Below, in pieces: positions 61,677 through 64,000 of a DNA stretch of 64,000 bases. The notes beneath the pieces were generated by a model. That model did no database searches, was not told the DNA's origin, and saw nothing but the letters and a program-made list of their open reading frames with translations. Origin of the DNA: Pyrinomonadaceae bacterium. GTDB taxonomy: Bacteria > Acidobacteriota > Blastocatellia > Pyrinomonadales > Pyrinomonadaceae. Position 1 is the stretch's first letter. Each line of letters starts with the position of its first letter. Made by a program: the position numbers and the translations under genes. The stretch spans positions 6,989 to 70,988 of the forward strand of contig DASYLB010000044.1 in the NCBI GenBank assembly GCA_036009765.1. Direction: 5' to 3'.

Positions 61677-61759
61677 TAGCCGGGGGTTGAGCGTAGCGAT
61701 ACCCCCGCAGCAGCAGGCAATTGTATTTTGACCCTGAAAGGGTCACAGAGTTAGCCCGG
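61675..61759. repeat. Repeat family D, half copy
   Basis: AGTAGCCGGGGGTTGAGCGTAGCGATACCCCCG...TTTGACCCTGAAAGGGTCACAGAGTTAGCCCGG is homologous to the reverse complement of 11500-11590. The partner arm is missing. Confidence 0.6.
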
Positions 61760-61775
61760 TCGTTGAGTGGTAAAG

Positions 61776-61995
61776 AGTAGCCGACTACTTCTTGCTACTC
61801 AACGACTAGTGTTTAGGACTAGACGAGTAGTGTTCCCGGGTAGCTGACCAGTGTTGAGGACTAGACGACTAGGCTTCATGACTAGCCGACTATTGTTCAT
61901 CACTCAAAGACTATTGTTTATCATTAGACGACTAGTAATGAGGACGACACCATTTGGGTTCATGACTAGCTGACTAGTGTTAACAACTAGACGTC
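61776..61995. repeat. Tandem array of ten full 21-bp units plus one partial unit, consensus ACTAGMCGACTAGTGTTCATG
   Basis: Units start at 61776, 61797, 61818, 61839, 61860, 61881, 61902, 61923, 61944, 61965 and 61986 with no phase slip. Confidence 0.85.
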
Positions 61996-62175
61996 CCCCT
62001 GGCAGGCCCTTAAGAACTGTACTCGGCCGTGATACATACCTTTGGCCTGGATAACTCAAAATCCCATCTGATGCTTCCGTGACAAACCGGGGGTTATTCT
62101 TTGGAGTGAACATTGATCACTGCTGTGAAGAAGGTGACTTTCACTGGTAGGTTCTCTTCGAAGCAACTCAGGACC

Positions 62176-63942
62176 TCAGTAGCCAACAGCAACGCCATCG
62201 CTGCGCCGCGGATCCGTTGCGCCTAGTCGCATGCCCGTTTTCTCTTCGATCATAATTCCTTCGGCATCTCCAAGATACCGCGGTCTCGCTAGCTTGTGGC
62301 CCAGTGACGTCAGCGCTTTCTGCGTATCGCCGGAAAGTCCATAAGGCTCAAATACCAATTCATCCGGCAGCCACTGATGATGAATGCGCGGAAAATCGAG
62401 TGCCTGTTGGATGTCCATGCCGTAGTCGACCACGTTGACGATTACGCAGAGCGCTGTGTTGATAATCGTCGGACCGCCCGGACTGCCAACCGTAAACCAG
62501 AGACTGCCGTCCTTGCGCAAAACGAAAGTGGGTGTCATCGCCGAGAGCGGACGTTTATGCGGCGCCACCGCATTGCGCTCGCCCTGAATTAGGCCATACA
62601 TGTTCGCGGTTCCCGGCTTGGCTGCGAAGTCGTCCATCTCATCGTTGAGAATTATTCCGGTACCCTTCGCCACCGCCGCGGAGCCGTATGAGTTATTGAG
62701 TGTGTAGGTGTTCGCGACCGCGTTGCCTTCGGCGTCGACGACAGTAAAGTGTGTGGTCTCCTCAGATTCATGGCCGACTGGTTGACCGGCGCTAATCTCG
62801 ACGCTGGTCGACGCTCTTTCAGTGCTAATCGACCCGCGAAGTTTTGCCGCGTAAGCCTTATCGATCAGACCAGCAATTGGCACTTTGACGAAATCGGTGT
62901 CGCCCATAAACTCGGCGCGATCGGCAAACGCTCGTCGCATTGCTTCTGTCATCAAGTGGTAGCGCTCTGACGATGCCGCATCAAATTTACTTAAGTCATA
63001 ACCTTCAAGAATGTTCAGCATCTCGATCAGTACGGCGCCGCCTGATGAAGGTGGGGGCATCGAGACAACTTCAAAGCCACGATACTTTGCGCGCACGGGG
63101 TCGCGTTCCTTAGCGACATAGCCGCGCATGTCCGCCAACGTCATCAGGCCATTATGATGCTGAATATCGTCGACAATCATCCGCGCCGTCAGTCCTTCAT
63201 AAAACTCATTCGGACCGAGACTTTGTAACCGCGCAAAGGTCGCCGCCAGATCCGGCTGACGAAGTAGATCGCCTTCGTTGTAAAACTTTCCGCTGTTTAG
63301 ATAAATACGTTTTGTTTCTGCATACTGCGACAGGTAATCGTTGTTGCCGCGCAGCGAACGCGCGAGCTCATAGGTGACGGTGAAACCATTGGCGAGTCGA
63401 CGCGCAGGCTCAACGAGTTGCGACCAGGTTAGTTTTCCCGATCCATATTTTTTGAGGGCCAGCTCCATGCCGCGCACCGTTCCCGGTACGCCCGCGGCGC
63501 GATAACCCACCAGCGATCCGCCTTCGCCTTCAATTAGTTTTCCGCTCTTGTCCAGATAGACGTCGTGCGTTGCCGCCGCCGGCGCCATCTCGCGATAGTC
63601 AATCGCCGTCGTTTTTCCATTCTTGAGGCGAATCATCATGAAGCCGCCACCGCCGAGATTGCCGGCAGCCGGGTGGGTCACTGCCAATGCAAACGCAACG
63701 GCGATCGCGGCGTCGATCGCATTGCCGCCACGTTTCATGATGTCCACGCCAACTCGCGAGGCTACCTCGTTCGTAGAGGCGACCATGCCGTGCCGCGCCC
63801 GCACCGGGTCACGCGATGCGGCGATTGCTGTGACCGGTGCTGCTTGGCGAAAGATTTCTAAATTGGGAATGCCGAGCAAGGCGGCGGTAATCGCAGTCAC
63901 CAAAAACAGGCGCAGGGCAGTCTGTAGAGTTCTGTTTCTCAT
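62176..63942 (-). CDS. ggt: Gamma-glutamyltranspeptidase
   Basis: Signal peptide. GGNAIDAA, the autoprocessing/nucleophile site ETTHFTVVD, and GSPGGPTII. Confidence 0.92.
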   Translation of the reverse strand: MRNRTLQTALRLFLVTAITAALLGIPNLEIFRQAAPVTAIAASRDPVRARHGMVASTNEVASRVGVDIMKRGGNAIDAAIAVAFALAVTHPAAGNLGGGGFMMIRLKNGKTTAIDYREMAPAAATHDVYLDKSGKLIEGEGGSLVGYRAAGVPGTVRGMELALKKYGSGKLTWSQLVEPARRLANGFTVTYELARSLRGNNDYLSQYAETKRIYLNSGKFYNEGDLLRQPDLAATFARLQSLGPNEFYEGLTARMIVDDIQHHNGLMTLADMRGYVAKERDPVRAKYRGFEVVSMPPPSSGGAVLIEMLNILEGYDLSKFDAASSERYHLMTEAMRRAFADRAEFMGDTDFVKVPIAGLIDKAYAAKLRGSISTERASTSVEISAGQPVGHESEETTHFTVVDAEGNAVANTYTLNNSYGSAAVAKGTGIILNDEMDDFAAKPGTANMYGLIQGERNAVAPHKRPLSAMTPTFVLRKDGSLWFTVGSPGGPTIINTALCVIVNVVDYGMDIQQALDFPRIHHQWLPDELVFEPYGLSGDTQKALTSLGHKLARPRYLGDAEGIMIEEKTGMRLGATDPRRSDGVAVGY

Positions 63943-64000
63943 AGTAGTTCTCAGTAGGCAGGCAGTGACGGGTGTGCCTTAAAGTCGTTTGTCGATAGCA

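Noticed and set aside
61776-61995. Possible CRISPR array because of regularly spaced repeats
   Set aside because: The 21-bp units are contiguous with no unique spacers. They are diverged from each other, and no cas genes or leader are nearby.
1-64000. tRNA, rRNA, tmRNA genes or a recognisable defence island (RM, CRISPR-Cas, Abi, CBASS etc.)
   Set aside because: No T-loop/acceptor-like cloverleaf candidates or rRNA blocks were noticed in the intergenic regions. The only defence-related signatures are a decayed HEPN gene and a truncated DUF433 gene.

Overview
Chromosomal window from a moderately GC-rich, Gram-negative, soil-type bacterium. The two >1000-aa CarboxypepD_reg/TonB-dependent (Oar-like) receptors, the many secreted glycoside hydrolases and the style of the repeats suggest Acidobacteriota; this is inference only. 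I can support about 42 protein-coding genes and 3 decayed genes. I found no rRNA, tRNA or CRISPR. Functional blocks: (i) 786-12728, amino-acid/amine block: secreted D-aminoacylase, orphan murE, APC permease, a PLP decarboxylase overlapping a Tat-exported flavin amine oxidase, DinB, and a TonB-C protein. (ii) 13091-17401: acyl-CoA ligase + SnoaL, a divergent ATP-grasp ligase, and DUF2071. (iii) alpha-glucan genes: CBM48 protein + CGTase-like GH13 at 17626-20504, and GH57 + GlgB at 29112-32994. (iv) 35283-46323, a PTS-independent MurNAc/peptidoglycan-recycling cluster: LysR, BadF-type sugar kinase, MurQ, class-A beta-lactamase-fold hydrolase, SSS transporter, GH3 NagZ, and a beta-lactamase-fold::DUF1343(NamZ) fusion, with NagA further on at 57596. 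(v) two paralogous Oar-like TonB-dependent receptors with duplicated promoter/leader modules, followed by a secreted glycine-rich/EF-hand protein. (vi) GlcF-like Fe-S protein, fatty-acid hydroxylase and GGT. There is no recognisable defence island. The unusual signal is the repeat load: at least eight families of short palindromic/MITE-like elements, more than 25 copies or arms. They fill many intergenic spacers, bracket individual genes, and in one case enclose a start codon plus signal peptide. In two clear cases (plus one weaker candidate) they sit in frame inside enzymes. There is also a REPtron-like RAYT locus with two in-frame TGA codons and a strictly phased 21-bp tandem array. All homology calls come from motif recognition by eye and all repeat alignments were done by hand; nothing was searched against a database.
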